A stretch of DNA of 64,000 bases from Carpediemonas membranifera BICM. Its lineage: Eukaryota > Protista > Fornicata. The stretch is from positions 186,001 to 250,000 of the forward strand of contig JAHDYR010000001.1 of NCBI GenBank assembly GCA_019828565.1. The letters are read 5' to 3'. The position numbers were made by a program, and so were the translations under genes. Positions 23,220-34,048 of this stretch are shown piece after piece (the stretch's first letter is position 1; every line of letters begins with the position of its first letter). The notes below the pieces were generated by a model that worked only from the letters and a program-made list of their open reading frames with translations, did no database searches and was not told where the DNA came from.

Positions 23220-24263
23220 TCAAATGGTTGGGTGGCTCAGCATCGACATCTGCCTCGTCCCAGTCGACACCACAATACTGTCGCACATTATTGACCGATC
23301 TTCGGACCTTAACGCCAACTGTCTCAACCCCGCCCCAACTGGGTCGAGCGCTCGCAGTGCCAGGGGTGTCCAGTCGAACTCCCCGTCATACACGTTGCCT
23401 GTAGCAACCAATGCCTGTCGCAGAAGACGTCTGAGCAGCTTGTAGTCTGGTAACTCGCCGGGTTGGACATGACGACTCCTAGCGTGTCTGACGAACTCAA
23501 GCAGCTGGGGCGGGAGACCGTAGCAAACTTGTTCGATGTGCATGCGCTCTTTCTTAAGCAGGATCTTGGCCAGCTTTCGGTCTGGGTCACGGGCGACAGT
23601 TCCCTGCCAGGGAAGCCTCCCGTTGAGGAGGTAGAGCATGACGTATGCGAGAGACTCGATGTCGTCGGACGGGGTCTGCGCGTTTCCGTTCATTGCGTTG
23701 ACCGAAGAATATCGAAGGGTTCCAACCATTTTCCCCGGTCTGGTTTGATCGCCCATTCGCTGGGCCAGCCCAAAGTCGACAATATATATATCTTGGAGAC
23801 GTTGCTCTGTGCGCGTTGTTGGCATTGCTCGAATCAAGAAGTTCGTCGGCTTGACATCGCGATATACGAATCCTGCCGTATGAACTCGCTCGAGGCGACT
23901 GAGCATCGCATCCACAACCAGTACTACGGTCTTCAGAGTGAACCGCTTGTCGCAGATGTTGAACAGGTCGTCGATGGTGGTGTCGAGGAGCTCGAGGCCG
24001 AGGTAGTGAGTGCCCTCCCTGTTGGCATGAAAGAAGTGGCACCGTGGTATTCCAGTGCTGCCTTGTAGCTGTTGAAGGACATTATACTCATTTCTAAGCT
24101 GCCGATGCTCAATCCAACGCGGTTCTACCTTGATTGCGATCTGCTCGGGCCAGTCCTTGAATGGATCGTCTCGTTCGGCGTCAATACATCGTGTTCCGAT
24201 ATGTACACGTCCAAACGTGCCTTCACCTATCAGTTGGCCAAGCTTGTATGGGAGTTTATGCAT
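23220..24263 (-). CDS. CK1: Casein kinase 1 family Ser/Thr kinase
   Basis: IGEGTFG, AIKVE, QLRNEY, FTLKTV, YRDVKPTNF, DFGLA, GTLRYSSVNA, DDIESL, LPWQG. Confidence 0.92.
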   Translation of the reverse strand: MHKLPYKLGQLIGEGTFGRVHIGTRCIDAERDDPFKDWPEQIAIKVEPRWIEHRQLRNEYNVLQQLQGSTGIPRCHFFHANREGTHYLGLELLDTTIDDLFNICDKRFTLKTVVLVVDAMLSRLERVHTAGFVYRDVKPTNFLIRAMPTTRTEQRLQDIYIVDFGLAQRMGDQTRPGKMVGTLRYSSVNAMNGNAQTPSDDIESLAYVMLYLLNGRLPWQGTVARDPDRKLAKILLKKERMHIEQVCYGLPPQLLEFVRHARSRHVQPGELPDYKLLRRLLRQALVATGNVYDGEFDWTPLALRALDPVGAGLRQLALRSEDRSIMCDSIVVSTGTRQMSMLSHPTI

Positions 24264-24448
24264 GTTCTAGGCAAATGAATGCCAGTGACGTGATGTTGTC
24301 ATGCGTTAACCCGTGTCCAGCGACTAATGTAAACGATAAATCGACTAGCTATGCACACACCCAATACTGTGTTTGCCGTCACAGAATACGCTGCTGCTGG
24401 CTTTAATGATCATTCGAGGTGGTTGATGCAAAAGAGTAACTGACAACA

Positions 24449-24826
24449 CTAACTGCGGCGCTTTCTCTTGCTCACAGGGGCGTCAAGGCCAGTGACTTGG
24501 ATCTGCCCATCGTTGGGGTTGGCCAGCAGGTCGATTGGGTCTGAACTGTCGTCATCTCTTCTAATGCTAACGCCCTGTGCATTCAAATGCCACGTGGACT
24601 CGATTTGGTTGTGTGAGAACAACGTTCCAGTAATATTGACTGCAGGAAAATCGCTGTCAGCAACTGTAGAGGCTATAGCCTCATCAAACTTAGCCATTAC
24701 AGCGTTCCTGACCATTTGATGGTGTGATGGATCAACATTGATCTCCAAATATGTATCAAGGACCTCAGAAAGCGATCTCCCGACCGCAGTAGATTTCCGT
24801 GCGTCCGAAAGCATCGCTTTGTTCAT
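24449..24826 (-). CDS. TOA2: Transcription initiation factor IIA small (gamma) subunit, divergent
   Basis: RKSTAVGRSLSEVLD...VMAKFDEAI...ITGTL....ESTW pattern and 125-aa size. Confidence 0.7.
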   Translation of the reverse strand: MNKAMLSDARKSTAVGRSLSEVLDTYLEINVDPSHHQMVRNAVMAKFDEAIASTVADSDFPAVNITGTLFSHNQIESTWHLNAQGVSIRRDDDSSDPIDLLANPNDGQIQVTGLDAPVSKRKRRS

Positions 24827-24892
24827 GGCATAAACTGCACACTAACCAATCAAATGATTAGCATTCACAGCTGTTGAATGCGCTAGTTTATA

Positions 24893-25879
24893 TCAGTCCT
24901 CCTCCTCCTCCTCTTCCTCCTCGACCCGGTTTGCCTCCTCGATGTCCTCTTCCGTCACGTCTTCTTTGTCAATTCTCACCAGACGCGGGAGTATCTTCAA
25001 TACCGCGATACGATCAGATGCGTCCGAGCCCGACACGTTGAGGTTAAGCAGCTCTGGGCAGTTATCGACGAGAACATTGAGCTCTTCGGGAGCAGCCAGC
25101 TTCGTCTCCCGTAGGTTCAGGTATTTCAACGCTGGGAGGCTGCAGATGAGCGGGGGTACTTCAGGGAGTTCCTTTGGCCCCTCTTTGACGACAAGGTCCT
25201 CTGACGGGGGCTCCGCATCTTCATCTTCACTGCCGCTCAGCACCTCCTCCTCGGGCTCCTCCTCATCGGGCTCTGGGTCCGCATTCTTACCCATCTCGCA
25301 GCCCCTCAAGTGGAGGATTTCGAGTGACGGTGCCCTCACACCAGAGAAGTAGCGCAGAGGGTTGTCTGCCAGATAGAGCCTGACGAGCGAGGGCAGAGCA
25401 AGCCCATCAACTGACTGGATTTGATTGCCCCTCGCCTCGACTATCTTGAGGTTGGGGTGGCCGGTTATTGAGTCAAGCGACTCAATCTGATTCGAGTTCA
25501 AGATTACGTGCTCGAGCTTCGGGCATCCACTCAGGTCGAGCGTCTTGATGGAGCAGGAGGAAGCGTTCAACCGTCTCAGCTCTGGGAGGGAGAGCTTCAG
25601 TTCAGTAAGAGAGTCGTTTTGGCTAATGTCCAAAAATTGAAGCGTGGTAACACTGTTGAGAGGCGAAGCGTCCGTAATTGCGTTCTCACTGAGGTCTATT
25701 TCTCTCAAAAGAGGATAGGATGACAGGAGTTCGATTTCCTGGAGCTCGAGGCCCTTGGCATCAAGTTTTGTCATTGCAAAAGAGTTATTATCATGTGTAC
25801 GCTCGGGAGCTGACAATCTAGTATAAATAATCTCTTTTGTCAGCTTGATAAGTTCTTGCTCGGGTTCAGAGTCCGACAT
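24893..25879 (-). CDS. Leucine-rich repeat protein with acidic tail (LRRC23-like, flagellar)
   Basis: About 9 LRRs (LREIDLSEN, LQFLDISQN, LVRLYLADN), an LRR cap and a poly-E C-terminus. Confidence 0.65.
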   Translation of the reverse strand: MSDSEPEQELIKLTKEIIYTRLSAPERTHDNNSFAMTKLDAKGLELQEIELLSSYPLLREIDLSENAITDASPLNSVTTLQFLDISQNDSLTELKLSLPELRRLNASSCSIKTLDLSGCPKLEHVILNSNQIESLDSITGHPNLKIVEARGNQIQSVDGLALPSLVRLYLADNPLRYFSGVRAPSLEILHLRGCEMGKNADPEPDEEEPEEEVLSGSEDEDAEPPSEDLVVKEGPKELPEVPPLICSLPALKYLNLRETKLAAPEELNVLVDNCPELLNLNVSGSDASDRIAVLKILPRLVRIDKEDVTEEDIEEANRVEEEEEEEED

Positions 25880-26430
25880 TGTCTTCGAGTTGATGGAAAT
25901 GGTGAGCAGGTTAAGCGCTGGCGACGACTGCCATCAGAGGGGTCAGTCGAGCGTTGAATACTGCGCAATAGCCCTCTGCCGGCTAGTCATCCATTGCGGG
26001 TATGCCTCAGGTCTACCCGTCCGGCGTGTCCATCGACGAATGGCCCAGGCCTGCAGACGAAGCTGTGACGCTTGGACGGTAAGAGATGGCCCCGCCAGAG
26101 CCACTCCGCCATATTTCAACCAGATAAGGTAAATTTTAGGGGAAATAGTGTGTAAGTATGTGTGTGTGGTGTGGCTGCAGCCTTGTCGGACTTCATATTG
26201 AAGCCGCCGGTGAAGGGCGAGAAGACGTCGCGCATGGAGAAGGTGTGATCAACACCTTGCTCCTTGGTTTTGCCTGAATCGAGGTCATCGGCGTTGAAGT
26301 GCCAGAAGGAGAATGTAACGGAATTGTTGTCCACGGATTGAATCCATCATTTCAAGCCTCTTGTGCTTGTCTTGAAGGTCCACCCGAAGATATGCGGATG
26401 ATGTTGACGCGACAAAACAGCGATGCCACG

Positions 26431-27228
26431 TTAACTCAAGTTGTCCGACTTCCTCTCGGGCGTAGGAGCCAGCGATGGCTTCTTCATTGATCGATTGAAC
26501 TCAGCAACAACCTTCCCAACCGAGAAATCCTTCGCGTTTTCAATCCAAAAGGACGGTACCCTCGACCCACGCCACACATCATCGGCCTCTCTCCTTCGTA
26601 CCCTTGGTGATTCGACTAGCTGTCGTCCTCTGGCCACCGGGGACTGCGGTGGCAGGGGCGTGCTTGGGACTGAGGGCTGACCCGAGGGGTGGGGGGAGGG
26701 TAGAGGGCGTCTGGGGACAGGGACCGGATCAATTTCATCATCGTCGTCTTCAAGAGTTTCAGTAATGTGGCGAGGCTGGGCTGACGTCCGTCGCATGGGG
26801 GTCGTGAGTGAGAAACGGCGGGCAGGGCCGCCCACATGGGCTTGGTCGCGGGAAGGATTGCTTCGTGGCGTTGCAGGCTTGCCTGGCTGACAGATACGGC
26901 TGAGCTGCGCCTTTGTACGAGCGTGGTCTTCGTGCATGCTTTCTACTAACCGCTGCGTGGAGGCGATGGTTCTGTCGACGAAATCTCGTGATGATTCCGT
27001 CGCTGTGCTCCCGCTTCGTGGGGAAAATAAGGCCGAAGAGGAACGACTATGGCCTGCTGATCTCAATATCGACGTGTTAGGCGATACAGGCTCCGCGAGG
27101 AGGGAATCGGCTGGAAATGCGCCGCTTCTATCCATCTCTGACAGATTCGTCGATGGTGACTGATATAAACTAGATAGTCGTTGTTTCATTGCTTCTATAT
27201 CATTGTGTCGCACGCCCGGGGAGATCAT
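26431..27228 (-). CDS. Hypothetical Ser/Pro-rich disordered protein
   Basis: 265-aa ATG-initiated ORF. Confidence 0.55.
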   Translation of the reverse strand: MISPGVRHNDIEAMKQRLSSLYQSPSTNLSEMDRSGAFPADSLLAEPVSPNTSILRSAGHSRSSSALFSPRSGSTATESSRDFVDRTIASTQRLVESMHEDHARTKAQLSRICQPGKPATPRSNPSRDQAHVGGPARRFSLTTPMRRTSAQPRHITETLEDDDDEIDPVPVPRRPLPSPHPSGQPSVPSTPLPPQSPVARGRQLVESPRVRRREADDVWRGSRVPSFWIENAKDFSVGKVVAEFNRSMKKPSLAPTPERKSDNLS

Positions 27229-27341
27229 GTCTCCACGTTCGTCGGCGCATTGCTATACGAATTTCACAAAGACCTATGGTGAACTTGACTGTACTGGTTC
27301 GTGGAGACTGGTAATACATGTGTGAGTAAATATGGCCGAGT

Positions 27342-28858
27342 TTACTCGAGGCCCTGGGCTAGCTCAGCACCGCAGCGCCCAATCATCATCCTGAACGCTT
27401 CTTCGCGGTCCGACGCCTCGTCCACCTTCGCCTCGAACACCTCAGCGAGGACACGCCGCTGGAGGGCAGGCAGCACCTTGAACACGGGCTTGCCCCACAC
27501 AAGCCCGCACAGCGAGACGAGCTCCTTCGTGTTGACGGGAACCCTGAGACCTGGGGCCGAGCAGAGGTGCTGAGAAATGATGAATTCAAGGAGTCCGGCA
27601 TATTCTTGAGTCGACAGAGTCACCCGGCTGAGTGCAAGCGCGGGGACAATCAAGCCGTGCTTGAAGTCGTTCGTCATCCCGCAGAGCACGGCGCCCACCC
27701 CGCCCCTGGTCAGCCGGGACATGTCGAGCCCGGCCAGGGCCGCCGCATGGGCGAGGATGTCTTCCACGAGGGAGATCTCCCGGTTGGACATCTTTATGTC
27801 CCGCAAAACTGCGGTGACTGCAGACGTCTCCTTCATTTTCTTCCCCATCCTCGCCAGGGTCGTCGTGCCATAAACAGGGTGCAGGATTGCTGACAGACTC
27901 ACCCCGAGTCGGAGCTCAGAAGCAGAGCCGGTCCATAGGCTGGATAGCTCAGTGGTTAGCATGGCCAGACCGTCAAAAGCCCGCTCGACGCAGGGCTCGT
28001 ACCCGCGCCAGGCATCGGGTAGAGGAATAACAGCGGTGTGTAGGCCAAGCGAGACGAGCGTGTTGATACCCAACTGACAGTTGGGGTGCTCAAGCATCAG
28101 TTGGGCCTCGTGGGTGATCCGCTCTTGGGATACGATATCCCGAAGCTTGGGCAATAGACTCGAATCTTTCATCGACTCAAAGATCGAGTCGTGAATCTGG
28201 AATTTGAATCTAGAAGCGAATCTAGCCACTCTCAGCATCCGGAGCGGGTCATCTCTGAATGTCTGGGTCGGCTCCAGCGGTGTCCGAATCAGCCCGGCCC
28301 GGAGATCGTCCAGGCCCCTGTGCAAGAAGTCCTCAACCATGCCCGTGTTAATGTTGTAGAACAGGGCGTTCATAGTGAGATCTCTGCGCTCAGCGTCCTG
28401 CAGTGGCGTTCCAAACTTCACTGTGGGGATTCGGCTGGCCTCGTTGTATTCCTCGGATCGTAGGTTGACGAAATCAACCCAGATGCCCAGTATATGGATA
28501 CGTGCACACTCTAAGTGCTTCGACTTCTCGGGGTCTGCGCGGATTACGGCTACGCGGTGCTGCTCGGCGTGTGCTGGGTGAGGAGAGATGGGGTGACGAA
28601 CTCTCAGCGTAATACTCCACTACCTTCTCTGCAAATTCACGCCCAGTGACGTTATCGGTAGTAATATCTATGTCCTCATTCTGCTTGCCTAGAACTTTGT
28701 CTCTTACCTGGATAAGCGTACATTGTGGCACAAACCCAGCCTCCAGCCACGCGAAGGGTAGTTTTGCACTCGTATTTGGCTAAAACTGCCTTAAGAATGT
28801 CGAACAGCTGAGTTTCAAGTTCTGTAAGCTCAATCACGACATTTATTGCAGCGCTCAT
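27342..28858 (-). CDS. CCA1: CCA-adding tRNA nucleotidyltransferase (class II); introns 28708-28735 and 28574-28601
   Basis: LRVAGGW|VRDKVLG..EDIDI, VDFVNLRSEEY..SRIP, DAERRDLTMNA, DDPLRMLR..RF. Two 28-nt introns restore the frame. Confidence 0.92.
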
Positions 28859-29171
28859 TGTGTTGCGCAGTATAAACACATTGTTCGAACCTCAATCTAG
28901 GCATATCAAGCCACTGACACACATACGCCATGATCGAGGCATTCCAGGTGGATGCTATGCACCCCAGTCGCCGCGGGCCAGGCTTCTATCACCGAGAACG
29001 ATCAATCGCAAAGAGAAGGAATGCCACGCGACGAGCAGCAGTACATGGGAAATGCGGTTTAGTAACGGCCAAACAACCAGCTATATGAGCCAAGTTCGGT
29101 CAGGGATGCTCGCAAGGCAGCAAGACAATGGAAACAAAGAATTAACCCAACTGGGGCAGAAACAGGATCAA

Positions 29172-30524
29172 TCACACCTCTATTCTCGTCCTCATAAACA
29201 TATCAGGGTCCATGCTACGACTCTGCCTCTGACCTTGACTCGACTCCAAGTCCCGGAGTCGAAGCTGAGTTCGATCGCGACTGTGAGGAGTCTGCGGAGT
29301 TGACTTGGGAAAGTTCATCGATACGGACTGTACAAAGTTCTCAAGGCCAGTGAGATGGCTGCCAATCGTGTCAACAATCTGCTGACGTGTGACTTTCCGA
29401 ACTGCTGGCTGGGTGGAAGTGGAAAGCCGACTCGTGCCAGCCTGTTGGCAAGGCAAGGAAGCTGTCGAATCATGATGGCGCCGGGAAATCTTTCGTGGAC
29501 GGGGAAGGCTAGACGAGGACTTTCGGAGGAGCACGCGAGGTGTGGTGGCATTTGAGACAACGGTCGAGGAGAAGTATGGGGTAAGGTCGAGGCCGGCATC
29601 GAGTCCAGCTTGCTGAAACTGGTCGAAGCTAGAGCGGATTAGACGCTGGTTATCGACAATCTTGGACGGGGAGTCGGAAATCGACCAGATTGAGGCAATA
29701 TTCGTTTCGTATCCGAGATATGGCTGAAGTACAAAGGATAGAAATGAATCTCGGAACGGCACATGATCTGCCCCGCCCAGCAGCGCCTTGAGACACCCAG
29801 CCACAGCTACTGCGCCCTTGGTGGTAGGTCCAGCCAGCTGCACGAGCACCATGGGGCCTACTGGTCTGTGCACGATGATGACAGTGTGTCTGCCCAGGTC
29901 TGGCCTAGCTGTGGACGCGAGGACGATTCTAAGAGCCTCGTTTTTGACGATTTCCATTGGTATTATCGTTGGGTCTTCTAGCTGGGCTCCGTCTGCAGTG
30001 GCTGTGTACTCGACCGACTCGAATGGGGATGGGATCGTCTTGCCCATCAGTGCGCGACGCTCAGGTGTTATGATACCGCTGAGGAGGTCGTAAACCTCTC
30101 TGTCCCTGTCACTGATGCTTAATGCCGTCACCCCGCACTCTGTAGGCTCTAAAGAGTCGAGGAGTGACATCAACAGGCCATCCTGACGCAAGAGGAGGCT
30201 GTTGGACGGTACTGGGTCGACGTATCCTTGGAGGAGACCGACATTCGTGCCTCCACGAGAGGAACTGGTCAAGAGATCGCCGACAATGCTCTCGACTGCC
30301 TCAATGGCATGAGTGTACTGCTCATCAGCGCTATCTGTCTTAAACTCAAAGGCATAGTTGAAATAGGCCTCGGAGTTGCTTCGTTTGCTCTCGATGGAGG
30401 CGCGAACGAGCTTCCCGACATCCGTGAGCTCTACAGTCGAGCGACTTCGCCTAGAGTGAGATGAATGTTGCCCTTGTCCTCCATTCTCGTCATTTCTATC
30501 ACAAAGGCACAAATACAGCTTCAT
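29172..30524 (-). CDS. Highly divergent kinesin-motor-like protein lacking the P-loop
   Basis: LVQLAG (cf. LVDLAG) and HVPFRDSFLSFVLQPYLG (cf. HVPFRDSKLT.LLQ.SLG). No GxxxxGKT. Confidence 0.55.
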   Translation of the reverse strand: MKLYLCLCDRNDENGGQGQHSSHSRRSRSTVELTDVGKLVRASIESKRSNSEAYFNYAFEFKTDSADEQYTHAIEAVESIVGDLLTSSSRGGTNVGLLQGYVDPVPSNSLLLRQDGLLMSLLDSLEPTECGVTALSISDRDREVYDLLSGIITPERRALMGKTIPSPFESVEYTATADGAQLEDPTIIPMEIVKNEALRIVLASTARPDLGRHTVIIVHRPVGPMVLVQLAGPTTKGAVAVAGCLKALLGGADHVPFRDSFLSFVLQPYLGYETNIASIWSISDSPSKIVDNQRLIRSSFDQFQQAGLDAGLDLTPYFSSTVVSNATTPRVLLRKSSSSLPRPRKISRRHHDSTASLPCQQAGTSRLSTSTQPAVRKVTRQQIVDTIGSHLTGLENFVQSVSMNFPKSTPQTPHSRDRTQLRLRDLESSQGQRQSRSMDPDMFMRTRIEV

Positions 30525-30898
30525 TTTCGCCGTTAACCTCGTGCGATCTCGTGAAATTTCGTAAACTGCCCGGCCTGGAAATCCGAGTTGCAAGGCCCTC
30601 CCGGAAGATGCCGCGATGAGACACGTCTACTCGTGTATGGGCGATGATATTTACCACTTGGAATTGAGTGCATCTTTAGGCTTGGCAATCTTGCTGAACG
30701 ACGAGGGAAAGCGACATCAACAGACAAAACCATGGCCACTGGCCGCCTTTTGTAACACACGAGCGTGGCTGGCTCTCTTTCTGTCCAATCGCTGTGAGCC
30801 TCCAAATGACATCCACGCCTGACCACCCGACGCTGAACTTCTACCCCAATCAAAGTGCATTTACAGCGACCATAAATCATCTATATATATAAAGTACA

Positions 30899-33736
30899 TC
30901 ACCTCAGCGCCATCTCATTCCGCAGGTTCATGAGGATCCGATCTTTCCGACCCAGGACGTCGTGGAGCCGAGCAATCTCTTCCTCCAGCCTGGCAGTGAC
31001 GTTGCTGTGTTGCTGGGACGTCTGGAGGCCTCGTAAGTCCCTGTCGCGGGACATATCAACCATATGGCTCATGGCTTGTTCTGCCCGCGCCTCGGCCTCG
31101 CGAACCTTATCGTGTGCGGTGACTGCCTTACCCTCCGCTGCTCGAGCGGCCTTCTCAGCACGCTTGATCCGGGTAGCACAGTGCGCATGTTCCTCCTCCA
31201 GCGCGACCAGCTTGGCAGTGGTTTCACCGAGCTTTGCACGCATGACTTCGATCGAGTCCGCCATGACTGTAATTTCAGACCCGAGCCTAGAGTTGAGCGT
31301 GCGGACCGAGTCGATACCGTCGCTCTGCTGCACTGCCTCCTTGGCGGACTGGGCGGCTGCAAGTTCTTTCTCACGAAGGCGCCGCTCTGTTGCTGCAAGC
31401 GCTGCCTTGGCTCGAGATAGCTCCTTCGCCATGGCTTCGGTGTCATCGTGGGCTGTGTCGCGCCTGGCCTCAGTGAGCTCTGCCTGTAGCTCCGTGACCT
31501 TCGCCTCGAGCTCTGCGACCCGCTGAGTGTCGGCCTGAGTCGCCTCGAGTCTCTTCCTGCTCGACTCTGCCCGACCGGTGACGATTTTGACGTTGTTCTC
31601 GAGGTTGCTGATGATGGTCCGCTGGTCCTCGACCTTCCGCTCCGCCCGCTTAAGCTTGAGTGAAAGATCGGTGAGATCGATCTGCAAACTCTCGTTTGCT
31701 CCCTTCAACTTGGACAGCCGACCCACAAGCTTAGAGTTTTCGGCCCGCAGCTTCTCATACCCTTCTTTCACCCTCGCGACAGCCCGCTCGTCCTCCTTGG
31801 CCTCCACCTCGGTGGTCCCTGCCACCTTGTGCATGCTGTCCTCAAGATACTTCACCCGCTCAACCTCACGCTTCAGCGCCTTGGCTGCGGTGACGTGCTT
31901 GGCTCGTGCCTTGGCGAGAGATATCCGGGTAGCCTCGAGCTTTCCTTTGAGATCATCACACTCAGCTTCAACACGGTCCTTGGCGACGTTAGCCTGCACT
32001 GTACCCTCTCTGGCATCCTTCAGCGCTGCCTTGAGCTTCTTGATCATCTCATCACGCTCTCGAATGGGCTTGCTCTCCTTGTATTCAGTCAACTCACACT
32101 CAACCTCCTTGAGCGAGTTATTCAACTCCCGAATGACTCTAGCCTGAGTCGCGTTCTCGTCCTTGAGACTCTGGATGGAGCGCTTCATCTCAACAATGGC
32201 ACCTTCTCTCCCTTCTAGGACGTCGTCGAGCTCGCCGCGGGTCTCGCTCATGACTGACTGGAGTTCTTGGAGTCTGGTGTCAGCATCCTTCTTGGTCTTG
32301 AGGGATTGTGACCGCTCACGCGATAGAAGACCGTACAAGTTGTCAATGAGAGCGGTCTTTTCGTCCATCTCGATCCTGAGAAGATTCACCTCCGTCTGCG
32401 CAGTCTCAGCAGCCTTGGTAGAGTTGAACAGCCCATCAGACGCTTCTCGGTAGCGTCTGGTGAGCACCTCGAGCTTGCTCTTGACTGCGTCATATTCTGG
32501 TCTCAGCTGGTCAAGATCCGACTGGGCGATCCTAAGTTCCTCACGGTACTGACGCTTCTCAGCCTCGCCAACTGCGAGTTCGTGCTGCAAGTTACGAATT
32601 TGTGAACGGTGTTTCTCTTGCTGAGCCTCCATCTCAATCAATCCGTCCTGCAAGTTGAGTAGCTCAGGTCGTGTGGACTCAAAAATCTCGATTCGTTTCT
32701 CAGAGAGGCGGACCTTTTGTCTGAGTGAATCAACGGTCGACGTAAGGTCCAGGTTGACCTCTTCTAGACGCTGGCGTTCAGCAACGGCGGTTTCAAACTC
32801 AGTCTTGCGAACAACGATGCTGTCCTCAGGCACAAAGGTCGCCCTGCTCAGCTGCTCAGAAGCTCTCTTGAGCTGCTCAGCAAGGAGATCCCGCTGCTTC
32901 TGCAACTCGACGTTTCTATGCCTGTCGAGGCTAGCAGCAAGAGAAATCTCCGACCCGTCCGAAGCGTACTCGTCAACGGTGTGCTGTGCCCCGGGCGGCG
33001 AGGGGGAGATCTCAGGGTACATCTCAGCCGCATCATACTCAACAGGTGGAAGATCTTCGACAATTTCTCCTGGCTCGTCGGCAATGGGCTCCAACTCGTC
33101 GACTTCTTCGGGGGCCACGTCCTCGTCCTCCTCGTCATCTCCTTCGGCTATAGCAGACATGGGATGGGGCGTAGACGCAGTGTCCACCGCCCCCTCGGAC
33201 TTGGGAGTGGTTGCTTCCTCCTCGACGTCTTGCCGGGGACTGTTCTCGACATAACGAGGGGAAGCCAAGCCCTGGGGTGTGGCACTCTCGTCCTCTGAGC
33301 TCTCTGCGTTCACTACAGTGTATCTGCTGTCTCGGGGCTGGCGTTCTCCCGGCTCGGGCGAGTAGTGCGAAAAAAAACGGCCGGGTACGGGGCTCATCGC
33401 GCTCTGCGTCATGTTCTGCGGTGTAAGAACTGGTCCGGTGATGTGGGTGACGCTGCTGGGCAGGGGTAGCTGGGGAGTGCGAGCTGAAGAGCCCAGGGCA
33501 TCGAGCTGGTCGTCTTGCTCGGAGATGCGCTTCTGCGCTGAAGTAACGATCTGTCCTAGCTCTGCTATATCTGCATCGCGGTGCTGAAGCTGGAGCTCTA
33601 GTTCTCTGACGCGGTTTTGGCTCTCCTTGAGGCCATACTTCCCTTGCTCCAACGCGGCGACACGGGAGCGAAGCATCGCGTTCTCATCGACCAAATCTAC
33701 GCTTTGTCCAGTGCCTTGTGTTAGAGTAAGGTTCAT
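30899..33736 (-). CDS. Long coiled-coil protein, CEP290-like
   Basis: 945 aa, mostly heptad repeats. LEQGKYGLKESQNRVRELELQLQHRDADIAEL matches the CEP290 'YESGxYGLEDA...RD.EI' block as I recall it. Confidence 0.55.
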   Translation of the reverse strand: MNLTLTQGTGQSVDLVDENAMLRSRVAALEQGKYGLKESQNRVRELELQLQHRDADIAELGQIVTSAQKRISEQDDQLDALGSSARTPQLPLPSSVTHITGPVLTPQNMTQSAMSPVPGRFFSHYSPEPGERQPRDSRYTVVNAESSEDESATPQGLASPRYVENSPRQDVEEEATTPKSEGAVDTASTPHPMSAIAEGDDEEDEDVAPEEVDELEPIADEPGEIVEDLPPVEYDAAEMYPEISPSPPGAQHTVDEYASDGSEISLAASLDRHRNVELQKQRDLLAEQLKRASEQLSRATFVPEDSIVVRKTEFETAVAERQRLEEVNLDLTSTVDSLRQKVRLSEKRIEIFESTRPELLNLQDGLIEMEAQQEKHRSQIRNLQHELAVGEAEKRQYREELRIAQSDLDQLRPEYDAVKSKLEVLTRRYREASDGLFNSTKAAETAQTEVNLLRIEMDEKTALIDNLYGLLSRERSQSLKTKKDADTRLQELQSVMSETRGELDDVLEGREGAIVEMKRSIQSLKDENATQARVIRELNNSLKEVECELTEYKESKPIRERDEMIKKLKAALKDAREGTVQANVAKDRVEAECDDLKGKLEATRISLAKARAKHVTAAKALKREVERVKYLEDSMHKVAGTTEVEAKEDERAVARVKEGYEKLRAENSKLVGRLSKLKGANESLQIDLTDLSLKLKRAERKVEDQRTIISNLENNVKIVTGRAESSRKRLEATQADTQRVAELEAKVTELQAELTEARRDTAHDDTEAMAKELSRAKAALAATERRLREKELAAAQSAKEAVQQSDGIDSVRTLNSRLGSEITVMADSIEVMRAKLGETTAKLVALEEEHAHCATRIKRAEKAARAAEGKAVTAHDKVREAEARAEQAMSHMVDMSRDRDLRGLQTSQQHSNVTARLEEEIARLHDVLGRKDRILMNLRNEMALR

Positions 33737-34002
33737 TGGCAGCTGGAAACGCGAGAAATGCTTCGAAAGGTGCTCTCAGGCAAGAAATTCTCGGAAATCG
33801 AACAAGATCTCAATAAGATTCGGACATGTCTCAGATTTGCCCGACTGTGTCGGCCTGGCATGGAGGGTGGGACTCAAGACCGACCTCAAGACCGATATTA
33901 TCGCCGCGACTCGACTGACCGTTTGAAGGGAGTTCTCTCTTCTCTCTTACAACCCACGAACGCAGCCGACTTTGTACACATTCCTCCCTTGCCAGCCCAG
34001 AG

Positions 34003-34028
34003 AAGTTTATAAGTTTATAAGTTTATAA
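34003..34028. repeat. Short tandem repeat (AAGTTTAT)x3
   Basis: aagtttat aagtttat aagtttat aa. Confidence 0.9.
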
Positions 34029-34048
34029 AGATTAAACCCTAGCAATCT

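Noticed and set aside
26116-26400. Small minus-strand ORF downstream of 26431-27228
   Set aside because: No ATG or splice junction I could support; no motif.
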